Below are positions 37,001 to 51,600 of a stretch of DNA of 64,000 nt, piece by piece (position 1 is the stretch's first letter; every line of letters starts with the position of its first letter). A program made the position numbers and the translations under genes. The DNA is taken from the NCBI RefSeq assembly GCF_009914755.1, contig NC_060938.1. The stretch is one strand, 5' to 3'. Origin of the DNA: the human T2T-CHM13v2.0 reference genome, Homo sapiens. A model generated the notes under the pieces. The model was not told where the DNA came from. It saw only the letters and a list, made by a program, of their open reading frames with translations, and made no database searches.

Positions 37001-39861
37001 CACAAAGCCCCCTGTTGACAAATCCCAGAAAATTGTTAAATCACCTGAGTGATCAGTGGAGATGTCTGTCACAATTCCCCTTCAGGCGCAGCTTAGACAA
37101 GCGTTACATCACATGAGTGATCAGGGCAGAGATATGTCACTATGCCCCCATAGGCAGATCCAACACAAGAGTCCATCACCTGGGTGACCAGAGCAGAGAT
37201 ATGTACAATGCCCACTGTAAGCAGATCCCAGACAAGACTTGCATCACCTCAGTGATCATTTCAGAGATATGTCTCAATGACCCCTGTCGGTGAAGCCTAT
37301 AGAAGAGTTACATCATCTCGGTGATCAGTGCAGTGATATGTTAAAATGCCCCTGTAGGCAGAGCCTAGACAAGAGTTACATCACATGGGTGATCAGTGCA
37401 GAGATATCTCACAATACCCCCTGTAAGCAGAGCCTAGACAAGAGTTACATCTCCTGGGTGATCAGTGCAGAGATATGTCATAAATCTCACTGTAGGCAAA
37501 GCCTAGACAAGTTTTACATCACCTCATGATCAGTGCAGAGATATGTCCCAATGTCTCTCTAGGCAGAGCTTAGACAAGTGTCACATCTCCTGGGTGATCA
37601 GTGCAGAGATAAGTCACAACGCCCCAGTAGGCAGAGCCTAGAAGAGAGTTACATAACCCAGGTGATCCGTGCAGAGTGATGTCACAACACCCTCAGTAGG
37701 CAGAGACTAGAAAAGAGTTACATCACCTGGGTGATCAGTGCAGAGATATGTCACAATGCTCCCATTAGGCAGAGCGTAGAGAAGAGTTGCATCACCTGGG
37801 TGATCTGTGCAGAGATATGTCACAATGTCCCCTGTAGGCAAAGCCTAGGCAAGAGTTACTTCACCTTTGTCATCAGTTCAGGGATATGTGAAATCTCCCC
37901 TGTAGGCAGAGCGTAGATAAGAGTTACATCACCTGGGTGATCAGTATATATATATGTCACAATGCCCCCATAGGCAGATCCAAGACAATATTACGTCACC
38001 TAGGTGATCAGTGCAGACATATGTCACAATGCCCTATGAGGCAGAACCTAGACAGAAGCCCCATCATCTGGATGATCAGTGTACAGTTATCTCACAAAGC
38101 ACCCTGTAGGCAGATCCTAGAAAAGAGTTACATCACCTGGGTGATCAGTGCAGAGATATGTCACAATGCCACTGTAGACAGAGCCTTGAGAAGAGTTACA
38201 TGACCTAGGTGATCAGTGCAGAGATACATCACAATGCCCCTATAGACAGAGCCTTGACAAGTGGTATATCACATCGGTGATCATTGCAAGAATATGTCTC
38301 AAAGCACCCTGTAGGCAGATCCTAGAGAAGAGTTATATCACCTGGGTGATCACTGCAGAGATATATCACAAGTCCCCTGTAGGCAGAGCCTAGACAAGAG
38401 TTATATAACCTGGGTGATCAGTGCAGTGATATGTCACAATGCCGTGTAGCCAGAGCCTAGACTAAAGTTGCAGCGCCAGAGACATCAGTACAGAGATATG
38501 TCACAATGTCCCCAGTAGGCAGAGACAAGGCAAGTGTTGGATCACCTCAGGATCAGTGCAGAGATATCTCTCAATCCCCCTGTGGGCACAGGCTAGACAA
38601 GCGTTACATCACCTCGGTTAACAGTGCAGAGATATGTCAAAATGCCTCTGTAGGCAGAGCCTACACAAGTGTTACATCACCTGTGTGATCAGTGCAGAGA
38701 TATGTGACAAGGCCCCTTTAAGCAGAACCTAGACAATAGTTACATCACCTGAGTGATCAGTGCGGAGATCTGTCACAGTGACCCTTTAGGCACAGCTTAG
38801 ACCAGAGTTACATCACCTGGGTGATAAGTGCAGAGATATGTCACAATGCACCTTAGGCAAATCCAAGAGAAGAGTCCATCACCTGGGTGATCAGTGCAGA
38901 AATATGTCACAAAGCCCCATTGGGCAGAGCCTAGACAAAAGCCCCATCACCTGGATGATCAGTGCAGAGTTATGTCACAAAGTCCCTTTAGGCAGATCCT
39001 ACACAAGAGTTACATCACTTGGATGATCAGTGCAGAGATATGTCACAATGCCACTGTAGGCAGAGCCTAGACAAGAGTTACATGACTTAGATGATCAGTG
39101 CAGACATACATCGCAATGCCCCTGTAGGCAGAGCCTTGACAAGTGGTATATCACCTGGGTGATCATTGCAGGGATATGTCCCAAACACCCTGTAGGCAGA
39201 TCCTAGAGAAGAGTTATATCACCTGGGTGATCAATGCAGTGATATGTCACAATGCCGTGTAGCCAGAGCCTAGACTAAATTTACAGCACCTTGGAGGTCA
39301 GTGCAGATATATGTCACAATGTCCCCAGTAGGCAGAGATCAGGTAAGAGTTGGATCACCTCGTGATCACCGCAGAGATATGTCTCAATCACTCTGTAGGC
39401 ACAGTGTAGACAAGAGTTACATCACCTCGGTTAACAGTGCAGAGGTATATCAAAATGCCCCTGTAGGCAGAGCCTACACAAGTGTTACATCACTTAGGTG
39501 ATCAGTGCAGAGATATGTCACAATACCCCTTGTAAGCAGAGCCTAGACAAGAGTTACATCACCTGGGTGATCAGTGCAGAGATATGTCCCAAAGCCCCCA
39601 TACACAGAGCCTAGACAAGAGACCCATCACCTGGGTGATCAGTGCAGAAATATGTCACAATGCCCCCATAGGCAGATCCAGCATAAGTGTTACATCACCT
39701 GGGAGATCAGTTTAGAGATATGTCACAATGCCCCCTTAGGGAGAGCCTAGACAAAAGTCCCATCATCTGAGTGATCAGTGCAGAGATGTGTCACAAAGCC
39801 CCTGTAGGCAGAGCCTAGACAAGTGTTACATCACTTTGTTGATCAGTTCAGAGATGTGTCA
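28013..39861 (+). repeat. Beta satellite array, forward orientation
   Basis: Tandem 68-bp monomers. Confidence 0.95.
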
Positions 39862-40310
39862 TGCTGACTGTTTACTCCCGGAGCTCTGCGGCTCCCAGAA
39901 ACATGCAGGGAAGGGTGATAGAACGGCATGGTGCCTTCGCTCTCCTTGCCAGTTTCCAAATCGATCACACTGCAGACACCCGATGTTGCCGCACGCGGGA
40001 ATCCATCGTCAGGCCATCACGCCGGGGTGGCATCTTCTCTCTGGGGTCTCGCTCTGGTCTCCTACGTGGAAATGAATGAGAGCCACACGCCTGCGAGTTT
40101 GAGACTGCCCCGGCAACGGCGACACCCACAGGCACTGCCTCCTTCAGGGAGACAGGGCCTGGAACACTCAAAACTGCCACGGAGGTTCAGCTCCACAATC
40201 CCCTCCACCCTCCCAGGCCATGTTCTGCCTGCTGAAGATGCGTGGTAGCCCAGAGAGCCGCTTCCAGTTCCGGTTTGTTTCCTGGAGAGGTCTGGAGAGC
40301 CAGCCCCTGA

Positions 40311-41923
<1,613 letters not shown>

Positions 41924-42490
41924 GACGCAAGGTTGGGACGGGGTCGGGTCGGGGCAGGGTTGTGACCTCTCTTTTGAGGGGAACACCTGGCTGGCTATGG
42001 AGGGGCATGTCTTCCCCCTGCCCCATCCACCAGGCTGAACGGCCTGGGATTCTTGCCTTCTAGGTCTAGGCCCGGTGAGAGACTCCACACAGCGGATAAC
42101 TGCCATTCTTTCCTGGGCATCCCGGGGATCCCAGAGCAGGCCCAGGTACCAGCAGGTGGGCCGCCCACTGCACCCGCGCAGGTTTGCGGGCAGCCGCCTG
42201 GGCTGTGGGAGCAGCCCGGGCAGATCTCTCATGCCTTTCCCCCACCCCACCCCCGCCTGACCACCACCGGAAAATGCGTCCTCCCCTGGGCTGGTTGGAA
42301 AACCCCATCCCGTGAAACACCAGGCCCGCACAGCGTCCAGGCCTGACACCGCTCCGGCCACTCGCCTCCTCTGCGACTCCGCGGCACCGTCGACCGCACG
42401 CCGGTGCCCCTGCAGCCTCTCAGCTGCCACCATGAAGCGCCCAGCGGCGGAACGCAGAACTCTAGCTCTCTTTGCCGGCCTCCTGGCTAG

Positions 42491-42680
42491 ACCTGCGCTC
42501 ATTGCCGACACCAGCAGACATGCAAGGGAGCCCGCTGGCCTCTCTGTGCAATTGTCTGCCTGTGAAATTCTGGCTGAGGCTCTCCCAACACCTTCCGACG
42601 CTCTTCAGTCAAAGCCTGGAGAATAGTTACATCTCCTGGATGATCAGTTCAGAAATATGCCACAATGCCCCCTCCCTGCA
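42491..42680 (+). other. pLAM / DUX4 exon-3-like segment running into the first satellite monomer (also present in cassettes 2, 3, 4 and 6)
   Basis: Acceptor ctggctag|acctgcg; ...tgaaattctggctgag...ccttccgacgct...gttacatctcctggatgatcagttcagaaatatgccacaatgccccctccctg matches the recalled 4qA pLAM layout but lacks ATTAAA. Confidence 0.8.
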
Positions 42681-45600
42681 GAGCCTAGAGAAGATTTGCA
42701 TCATTTGGGTGATCAGTGCAGAGATATATCACAATGTCCCCTGTACAAAAAGCCTGGAAATGATTTACATCACCTCAGTGATCAGTGCATAGGTATGTCA
42801 GAAATCCCCAAAAGGCTAAACCCAGACAAGGGTTACATCACTTAGGTGATCAGTGTAGAGATATGTGAAAATTCCCGTGTAAACAGAGCATAGACAAGTG
42901 TTACATCACCTAGTGATCAGTGCAGGGATAAGTCGTAAAGCCTCTGGTAGGCAGAGCATAGAAAAGTGTTTCCGCCCTGGGGTGATCAGTGCAGAGATAT
43001 GTCACAAAGCCCCTGTAAGCAGAACCTTGACAAGGGTTACATCACCTGTTTGATCAGTGGAAATGTATATCACAAAGCCCACTGTAGGCAAAGCACAGAC
43101 AATTGTTACATCACCTGGGTGAGCATTGGAGAGATCTGTCACAATGCCCCTGTAGCCAGAGCTTAGAAAAGGTTTACATCACCTGAGTGATCAGTGCAGA
43201 GATATGCCAAATGCTCCCGCAGGCTACACCTAGACAGGAGTTACATCACCTGGGTGATCAGTGCAGAGATATGTGAGAATTCCTGTGTAGGCAGAGCCTA
43301 GACAAGTGTTACATCACGTAGGTTATCAGTGCAGGTATAAGTCATAAAGCCTCCTGTAGGCAGACCGTAGACAAGAGTTCCCTCCCCAGGGTGATCAGTG
43401 CAGAGATGTGTCACAAAGCCCCTGTAGGCAGAGCCTAGACAAGAGTTTCATCTCTTGGTTGATCAGTTCACAGATCTGTCACAATGTCCATGTAGGCAGA
43501 TCTAAGACAAGAGTCCATCACCTGGGTGATCACTGCAGAGATATGTACGAATGTCCACTGTAGGCAGTGCCTATACAAGAGTTGCATCACCTCAGAGATC
43601 AGTGCATAGATATGTCACAAAGCCTTCTGTAGGCAAAGCCCAAACAAGGCTTACATCACCTAGCTGATCAGTGCAGTGATATGTCACAAAAATCCCTGTA
43701 GACAGAGCCTAGAAAAGACTTACATCACCTGGGTGATCAGTGCAGATATTTGACACAATGTCCACATAGACAGAGACTAGAAAAGACTTCCATCACCTGG
43801 GTGATCAGTGCAGAGATATGTCACAAATCGCCCTCTAGGCAAAGTATAGAGAAGAGTCCCATGACCTGGGTGATCAGTGCAGAGATATTTCACAATGGCC
43901 CTGTAGGCAGAGAGTGGACAAGAGTTACATAACCTAGGTGATCCGTGCAGAGCTATGTCAAAACACCCCTGTAGGCAGAGCTTAGATAAATGTTACATCA
44001 CCTGGGTGATCAGTGCAGAAATACATCACAATACCCCCTGTAGGTGGAGGCTAGACAAGAGTTACATTACCTGGGTGATCAGTGCAGAGATACGTCACAA
44101 TAACCCCTGCAGGTGGAGCCTAGACAAGAGTTACATCACCTGGATCATCAGTACAGAAATATGTCACAAAAAGAGACGGTAGGCAGAGCCTAAACAATAG
44201 TTACATATCCTGGGTGATCAGTGCAGAAATATGTCACAAATCCCCTGGAGGTCGAGCCTTGAAAAGAATTACATCTCCTGGGTGATCAGTGCAAAGATAT
44301 GTCACAAAGCCCCCTGTAGACAAATCCCGGAAAATTGTTACATCACCTGGGTGAACATTTCAGAAATCTTTCAGAAATCCCCTTTAGACAGAGCTTAGAC
44401 AAGCCTTACATGTCATGAGTTATCAGTGCACAGATATGTCACTATGACCCCATAGGCAGATTGAAGACAAGAGTTCATCACCTGGGTGATCAGTGCAGAG
44501 ATATGTCATAAATCTCACTGTAGGCAAAGCCTAGACAAGTTTTACATCACCTCAGCGATCAGTGCAGAGATATGTCCCAAAGTCCCTCTGGCAGAGTTTA
44601 GACAATTGTCACAACTCCTGGGTGATCAGTGCAGAGATAAGTCAAAATGCCCCCGAAGGCAGAGCCTAGACGAGAGTTATATAACCCGGGTGATCCGTGC
44701 AGAGTGATGTCACACCGCCCTCTGTAGACAGAGGCTAGAAAACAGTTACATCAACTGGGTGATCAGTGCAGAGATATGTCAAAATACCCCCTGTAGGCAG
44801 AGCATAGAGAAGAGTTGCATCGCATGGGTGATCAGTGCAGAGATATGTCACAATGTCCCCTGTAGGCACAGCATAGAGAAGAGTTGCATCATCTGGGTGA
44901 TCAGTGCAGAGATATGTCACAATATCCCCCTTAGGCAAAGCCTAGGCAAGAGTTACATCACCTTTGTCATCAGTTCAGGGATATGTGAAAACGCCCCTGT
45001 AGGCAGAGCCTAGACAACAGTTAGAACACCTAGTTGATCAGTGCAGAGATATTTCACAATACCCCCTGTAGGCAGATACTAGACAAGAGTTGAATCACCA
45101 GGGTGATCAGTGCAGAGATAAGTCACAATGCCCCCTTTGGGCAGAGGGTGGATAACAGTTACATCACCTAGGTGATCAGTGCAGAGATTTGTCAACATTC
45201 CCTGTAGGCAGTGCTTATAAAAGTGTTACATCACCTAAGTGATCAGTGCAGAGATATGTCACAAAGCTCCTGCAGGCAGAACTTTGATGAGTTACATCAC
45301 CTGGGTGATCAGTGCAAAGGTATGTCACAAAGCCCCATGTAGGCAAAGCCTAGACAATAGTTACATCACTTGGGTGATCAGCGGCGAGATCTCTCACAAT
45401 TCCCCTGTAGGCAGAGCTTATACAACAGTTACATCACCTGGGTGATCAGTGCAGAGATATGTCACAATGGCCCCATAGGCAGATCCAAGACAAGAGTCCA
45501 TCACCTGGGTGATCAGTGCAGAAATATGTCACAATGCCCCCTTAGGCAGAGCCGAGACAAAAGCCCCATCACCTGGATGATCAGTGCAGAGTTATGTCAC

Positions 45601-48600
45601 AAAGTCCCTTTAGGCAGATCCTACACAAGTGTTACATCACTTGGATGATCAGTGCAGAGATATGTCACAATGCCACTGTTGGCAGAGGCTAGACAAGAGT
45701 TACATGACCCAGGTGATCAGTGTAGAGATACATCGCAATGTCCCTGTAGGCAGAGCCTTGACAAGTGGTACATCACCTGAGTGATCTTTGCAGGGATATG
45801 CCACAAAGCACCCTGTAGGCAGATCGCAGAAAAGTGTTACAACACCTGGGTGATCAGTACAGAGATAGGCCACAATGCCACTGTAGGCAGAGCCTAGACA
45901 AGAGTTACATGACCTAGGTGATCAGTGCAGAGATGCATCGCAATGCCCCTCTAGGCAGAGCCTTGACAAGTGGTATATCACCTGGGTGATCATTGCAGGG
46001 ATATGCCACAAAGCACCCTGTAGGCAGATCCTAGAGAAGAGTTATATCACCTGGGTGATCAGCGCAGAGATATGTCACAAGACCCTGTAGGCACAGCCTA
46101 GACAAGAGTTACATCACCTGGGTGATCAGTGCAGAGTTATGTCACAATGCCGTGTAGCCAGAGCCTAGACTAAAGATACAGCACCTGGGAGGTCAGTGGA
46201 GAGATATGTCACAATGTCCCAAGTAGGCAGAGACTAGGCAAGGGTTGGACCACCTCGGGATCAGTGCAGAGATATGTCTCAATCCCCCTGTGGGCACAGG
46301 CTAGACAAGTGTTACATCACCTCGGTTAACAGTGCAGAGGTAAGTCACAATGCCCCTGTAGGGAGAGCCTACACAAGTGTTACATCACTTAGCTGATCAG
46401 CGCAGAGATATGTCACAATATCCCCTGTAAGCAGAGCATAGACAAGAGTTACATTAGCTGGGTGATCAGTGCAGAGATATATCACAAGGCCCCTTTAGGC
46501 ATGGCCTAGACAATAGTTACATCACCTTAGTGATCAGTGCAGAGATCTCTCACAATGCCACTTTAGGGAGAGCTTAGACCAGAGTTACATCACCTGGGTG
46601 ATCAGTACAGAAATATGTGACAATGTCCCACTAGGCAGAGCCTAGAGAAGAGACCCGTCTCCTGGGTGATCAGTGCGGAGATATTTCACATTGCACCTGC
46701 AGGCAGAGCGTAAGCCAGGGTTACATCACCTAGATTATCAGTGCCGAGATATGTCACAAGGCTCCCTATAGGCAGAGCCTGGACAAGTTACATCACCTCG
46801 GTGATCAATGCAGTGATATGTCACTATGCCCCGTAGGCAGAGCCTACTCAAGTGTTACATCACCTGGGTGATCAGTGCAGAGATGTGCGAGAATTCCCGT
46901 GTAGGCAGAGCCTAGACAAGTGTTACATCACCTAGGTTATCAGTGCAGATATAAGTCATAATGCCTCCTGTAGCCAGAGCGTAGACAAGAGTTCCCCCCC
47001 CAGGGTGATCAGTGCAGAGATGTGTCACAAAGCCCCTGTAGGCAGAGCCTAGACAAGAGTTTCATCACTTGGTTGATCAGTTCAGAGATGTGTCACAATG
47101 TCCATGTAGGCAGATCTAAGACAAGAGTCTATCACCTGGGTGATCAGTGCAGAGATATATACCAAAGTCCCCTGTAGGCAGTGCCTAGACAAGAGTTGCA
47201 TCACCTCAGAGATCAGTGCAGAGATATTTCAAAAAGCCTTCTGTAGGGAAAGCCCATACAAGGCTGACATCACCTAGGTGATCAATGCAGTGATATGTCA
47301 AAAAAAATCCCTGTAGACAGAGCCTAGAAAAGAGGAACATCACCTGGGTGATCAGTGCAGACATTTGGCACAAGGCCCCCATAGACAGAGCCTAGACAAG
47401 ACTTCCATCACCTGGGTGATCAGTGCAGAGACATGTCATAAATCCCCCTCAAGGCAGAGTACAGACAAGAGTCCCATCACCTGGGTGATCAGTGCAGAGA
47501 TATTTCACAATGCCCCCTGTAGGCAGAGAGTGGACAAGAGTTACATAACCTAGGTGATGTGTGCAGAGCTATGTCAACACGCCCCTGGAGGCAGAGCCTA
47601 GATAAATGTTACATCACCTGGGTGATCAGTGCAAAGATACGTCACAATACCCCCTGTAGGTGGAGCCTAGACAAGAGTTACATCACCTGGGTGATCAGTA
47701 CAGAAATATGTCACAAAGCCCCTGTAGGCTGAGCCTAGACAAGAGTTACTTCTCCTGGGTGATCACTGCAAAGATATGTCACAAAGCCCCCTGTAGACAA
47801 ATCCCAGAAAATTGTTACACCACCTGAGTGATCAGTGGAGATATCTGTCACAATCCTCCTTTAGGCGCAGTTTAGACAAGCGTTACATCACATGAGTGAT
47901 CAGTGCAGAGATATGTCAAAATGCCCCCATAGGCAGATTGAAGACAAGTGTCCATCACCTGGGTGATCAGTGCAGAAATATGCCACAATGCTGCCAGTAG
48001 GCAGGTATAGAAAAGAGTTACATAACCTGCGTGATCACTGCAGAGATATGTTAAAATGCCCCTGTAGCCAGAGCCTAGACAAGAGTCCCATCACATGGGT
48101 GATCAGTGCAGTGTTATGTCACAATGCCCCCTTTTGGCAGAACCTAGACAAGGGTTACATCACCTGGGTGATCAGTGTAGAAATGTGTCACAATGCCCCC
48201 TGTAAGCAGATCCCAGACAAGAGTTGCATAACCCTGGTGATCCGTGCAGAGTGATGTCACAACGCCCTCTGTAGGCAGAGACTAGAAAAGAGTTACATCA
48301 CCTGGGTCATCAGTGTAGAGATATATCACAATGCTCCCTGTAGGCAGAGCATAGAGAAGAGCTGCATCACCTGGTTGATCAGTGCAGAGATATGTCACAA
48401 TATCCCCTGTAGGCAGAGCATAGAGAAGAGTTGCATCACCTGGGTGATCAGTGCACATATATGTCACAAGGCCCCCTGTAAGCAGATCCCAGACAAGAGT
48501 TGCATCAACTCGGTGATCAGTGCAGAGTTATCTCTCAATGCCCCCTGTCGGCGAAGCCTATACAAGAGTTACATCATCTCGGTGATCAGTGCAGTGATAT

Positions 48601-51600
48601 GTTAAAATGCTCCTCTAGGCAGAGCCTAGACAAGAGTTACATCACCAGGGTGATCAATGCAGAGATATCTCACAATACACCCTCTAAGCAGAGCTTAGAC
48701 AAGAGTTACATCACCTGGGTGATCAGGGCAGAGATATGTCATAAATCCCACTGTAGGCAAAGCCTAGACAAGTTTTACATCATCTCAGTGATCAGTGCAG
48801 AGATATGTCCCAATGTCCCTTTAGGAAGAGCTTAGGCAATAGTCACATCTCCTGTGAAATCACTGCAGAGATAAGTCACAATACCCCAATAGGCAGAGCC
48901 TAGACAAGAGTTACATAACCTGGGTGAACCGTGCAGAGTGATGTCACAACGCCCTCTGTAGACAGAGGCTAGAAAAGAGTTACATCACCTGCGTGATCAG
49001 TGAAGGGATATGTCACAATGCCCCCTGTACAAAAATCCTGGAAATGATTTATATCACCTCTTTGATCAGGGCATAGTAATGTCAGAAATCCCCTACAGGC
49101 TGAACCTAGACAAGGGTTACATCATATAGGTGATCAGTGTAGAGATATGTGAAAATTCCGGTGCAGACAGAGCCTAGACAAATGTTACATCACCTAGTGA
49201 TCACTGCAGGGATAATTCGTAAAGCCTCCTGTAGGCAGAGTGTAGACAAGTGTTTCCTCCCTGGGGTGATCCGTGAACAGATATGTCACAAAGCCCCTGT
49301 AAGTAGAACCTTGACAAGGATTATATCACCTGTTTGATCAGGGGAAATGTATATCACAAAGTCCCCTGTAGGCAAAGCCCATACAATTGTTACATCACCT
49401 TAGTGAGCAGTGGAGAGATCGGTCACAATGCCCCTGTAGTCAGAACTTATACAAGGGTTACATCACCCACCTGGGTGATCAGTGCAGAGATAAGTCACAA
49501 TGCCCCCATAGGCAGAGCCTAGACGAGAGTTGCATAACCCTGGTGATCCGTGCAGAGTGATGTCACAACGCCCTCTGTAGGCAGAGACTAGAAAAGAGTT
49601 ACATCACCTGGGTCATCAGTGTAGAGATATATCACAATGCCCCCTGTAGGCAGAGCATAGAGAAGAGCTGCATCACCTGGTTGATCAGTGCAGAGATATG
49701 TCACAATATCCCCTGTAGGCAGAGCATAGAGAAGAGTTGCATCACCTGGGTGATCAGTGCACATATATGTCACAAGGCCCCCTGTAAGCAGATCCCAGAC
49801 AAGAGTTGCATCACCTCGGTGATCAGTGCAGAGATATGTCTCAATGCCCCCTGGCGGCCAAGCCTATACTAGAGTTACATCATTTCGGTGATCAGAGCAG
49901 TGATATGTTAAAATGCCCCTGTAGACAGAGACTAGAGAACAGTTACATCACCTGTGTGATCAGTGCAGAGATATCTCACAAGACCCCCTGTAAGCAGAAC
50001 CTACACAAGACTTACATCACCTGGGTGATCAGTGCAGAGATATGTCATAAATCCCACTGTAGGCTAAGCCTAGAGAAGTTTTACGTCACCTCAGCGATCA
50101 ATGCAGAGATATGTCCCAATGTCCCTCAAGGCAGAGCTTAGACAAGAGTCACATCTCCTGGGTGATCAGTGCAGAGGTAAGTCACAATGCCCCCATAGGC
50201 AGAGCCTAGATGAGAGTTATATAACCAGGGTGATGGGTGCAGACTGATGTCACAACTCCCTCTGTAGGCAGAGACTAGAAAAGACTTACAACACCTGGGT
50301 GAGCAGTGCCGCAATGCCCCCTGTAGGCAGAGCATAGAGAAGAGTTGCATCACCTGGGTGATCAGTGCAGAGATATGTCAGAATATCCACTGTAGGCAGA
50401 GCATACAGAAGAGTTGCATCACCTGGGTGATCAGTGCAGAGATATGTCACAATGTCCCCTGTAGGCAAAGACTAGGTAAGAGTTACATCACCTTTCTCAT
50501 CAGTTCAGGGATATGTGAAAACGCCCCTGTAGGCAGAACCTAGACAAGAGTTACATCACCTAGGTGATCAGTGCAGAGATATTTCACAATACACACTGTA
50601 GGCAGATCCTAAACAAGAGTTGAATCACCTGGGTGATCAGTGCAGAGTTATGTAACAAAGGCCCTTTAGGCAGATCCTAGAAAATAGTTACATCTCTTGG
50701 ATGATCTGTGCAGATATATCATAATGCCACTGTAGGTAGAGCCTAGACAAGAGTTACATGACCTAGGTGATCAGTGCAGAGATACTTCGCAATGTCCCTG
50801 TAGGCAGAGCCTTGACAAGTGGTACATCACCTGGGTGATCATTGCAGGTATATATCACAAAGCACCCCGTAGGCAGATCCTAGAGAAGAGTTATATCACC
50901 TGGGTGATCAGTGCAGAGATATGTCACAAGCCCCCTGTAGGCAGAGCCTAGACAAGAGTTATAACACCTGGGTGATCAGTGCAGTGATACGTCACAATGC
51001 CGTGTAGCCAGAGCCTAGACTAAAGTTACAGCACGTGGCAGATCAGTGCAGAGATATGTCACAATGTCCCCAGTAGGCAGAGACAAAGGACGAGTTAGAT
51101 CACCTCGGGATCAGTGCAAAGATATGTCTCAATTCCCCTGAGGGTACAGCCAAGACAAGAGTTACATCACCTTGGTTAACAGTGCAGAGATATGTCAAAA
51201 TGCCCCTGTAGACAGAGGTTAGACCAGGGTTACATCACCTGGGTGATCAGTGCAGAGATATTTCACAATGCCCAGATAGTCAAATCAAAGACAAGAGACC
51301 ATCACCTGGGTGATCAGTGCAGAAATATGTGACAATGCCCCCAGTAGGCAGAGCCTAGAGAAGAGACCCATCACCTGAGTGATCAGTGCAGAAATATATC
51401 ACAATGTCCCTGCAGGCAGAAGGTAAGCAAGAGTTACATCACCAAATGATCAGTGCAGAGATATGTCACAAGGCTCCCTATAGGCAGAGCCTGGACAATT
51501 GTTACGTCACCTCGGTGATCAATGCAGTGATATGTCACTATGCCCCGTAGGCAGAGCCTAGTCAAGCGTTACATCACCTGAGTGATCAGTGCAGAGATAT

